From: Octopus vulgaris
Taxonomy: Eukaryota
Length of the DNA stretch: 64,000 nucleotides
Assembly: GCA_951406725.2 (NCBI GenBank)
Contig: OX597830.1
Span: forward strand, 49,910,001-49,974,000
Direction: 5' to 3'
Below the pieces are notes generated by a model, which saw nothing but the letters and a program-made list of their open reading frames with translations, was not told the DNA's origin and searched no databases. Of this stretch, positions 62,137-64,000 are shown in pieces. Both the position numbers and the translations under genes were made by a program. Each line of letters begins with the position of its first letter. Positions within the stretch are counted from its first letter, which is position 1.

Positions 62137-62964
62137 TAAACATATATATCCAACAGTCAACATGCACTTGTACCATACAAACACTACACACACACACAAA
62201 CACATATATATGTACACACATGCACTATAAATGCAACAGGCACATATATCCAAGACATGCATATATACTATACAGACACTATATACATATACACCCTATA
62301 TATATATTCAGATACTATGCTATAGGCTTCATCGTCAACATTCAGACACTACATATCTACATTATACAGGTGCATACACACCACATGTACAGGTACATAC
62401 TATAGATATATTACATATATGCATGCTACGCATACACTATAGAGATGATACATACTTATATATTATAGAGAACATTATACACTAACACACCTCTACAAAC
62501 TATACAGACCCATTACACACACAGACATTACCTATACACACTATACACTCATATATATGTATTTACATATACACACAACCCATGTAATACATACTACAGA
62601 TACATATATACACAAAACAGATACTTTGTAGAGATAATATGCAATTATATATATATATATATACATACATATATATATATATACATACATATATACATAC
62701 ATACATACATATATATATACATACATACATACACATATATATATACATACATACATACACATATATATATACATACATACATACACATATATATATACAT
62801 ACATACACATATATATATACATACATACACATATATATATACATACATACACATATATATATACATACATACATATATACATACATACATATATATATAT
62901 ATACATACATACATATATATAGATAGATAAACAAACAGACAAATAGATAGATAAGTATATAGAC

Positions 62965-63171
62965 CAGTGGTTTTCAACCAGGGTTCCTCGGAACCTTAGG
63001 GTTCCGCCAGTACAGTCCAGAAGTTACAAAACTGCTAAAATCAGCAGTAATTTTTAATTCTCCTGTGCAGACATGTGTGCATAAGACTATTAAATTATTG
63101 TACAGGGGTTCCTCGAGCCAGTGGAATGTTTCCTTGGGGTTCCGCTCCAGCAAAAAGTTTGAAAAGCACTG
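62965..63171. mobile_element. hAT-Charlie MITE
   Basis: TIRs cagtggttttcaa/ttgaaaagcactg; perfect 8 bp TSD atatagac with central TA. Confidence 0.9.
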
Positions 63172-64000
63172 ATATAGACTATAATTATAATTACGGCACA
63201 AAAGCCACTGTGGCTATATGCTAGAAACAAAGCCACCAAATATCACCAACCACTACAAGATTCACTTCCGTATATATGGTTGGACGCATTTGGCATCTTT
63301 TTCTAGAATATAGGCATAGTAGTTTCTGAGCCCTTAATTATTATTATGTTCTATATAATTATATATCCATACACAGATTTTACCTAAAAGGTGTCTTTTT
63401 TTTTATATGCTGGTCCCAGATAAAATTCATTTGTTTTTAATTATTTTTTTATCTAATTATGTTGAGATGTATTTCATTCACTGCTGGACAGTTTATTTAC
63501 TTCTGTATTATTCTGATCAAACACACAAGTGTTGAAGTGAACTATGAAATTTGATTGGTATATATTTGCGGATATTTATATGTACTCGTATTTATGCGTG
63601 TGCATTTATATGGGTATGTATATATATTTTAATTTATTTTGCTTGGTATATGTTACTAATCATGGAAGAGTTATACTTATCCAGAAATTGATCAATCTAG
63701 GATTATCCAAATTATTTTACAAATTTTTTGGTTTGTCCACTTTTCCCACTTTTAGAATGTGTATATCAAAGTGAATTTTATAGTGGTTGAACATATTTGG
63801 TGCCTTTTTCTAGCACATAGGTACAGTAGCTCCTCTGCCCTTAATTATAATTATATTCTGCATGATTATATATCTATATACGGATTTTACCTGATAGGAT
63901 TTTTTTATGCGTTGACTACTGATAAAATTAATTATTTTTTAATGATTTTTATCCTTTAAATATGTTTATATATATATATATGTATAGATACACACACACA

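Noticed and set aside
61533-62977. Long ORFs of 100-276 aa rich in Y/I/C/V/H/T (also at 6534-7189, 11030-11877, 33106-34498, 38041-39541, 47109-47611)
   Set aside because: Translations of (TA)n/(CA)n microsatellites, which lack stops in several frames on both strands.

Overview
Eukaryotic, AT-rich, repeat-dominated DNA. The SINE/LINE repertoire and dense (TA)n/(CA)n/(TAA)n tracts suggest an octopus-like cephalopod genome; this is an inference from repeat style, not a database result. No intact, recognisable host gene is present, and most long ORFs in the track are microsatellite artefacts. The window holds several tRNA-derived SINE families, fragments of RTE, CR1 and R4/Dong LINEs, non-autonomous Helitrons, hAT and Merlin-like MITEs, a MULE relic and many Penelope-like (PLE) pLTR remnants. 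The strongest signal is about 11 hammerhead-ribozyme (HHR) motifs from different PLE families, most with a palindromic (dimer-type) helix III. Several have non-canonical cores: a compensatory G3:C8 swap (GUGAACA, 54820-54869, minus strand) and a U4C core (CCGANGA) recurring in three unrelated elements. Other leads: a SINE that repeatedly lands at its own internal GGTATT site, a candidate pre-miRNA hairpin, a His/Gln/Asn-rich 9-aa-repeat exon, and a decayed exon series for a secreted or receptor protein. All folds and alignments were done by eye and need computational and biochemical checks.
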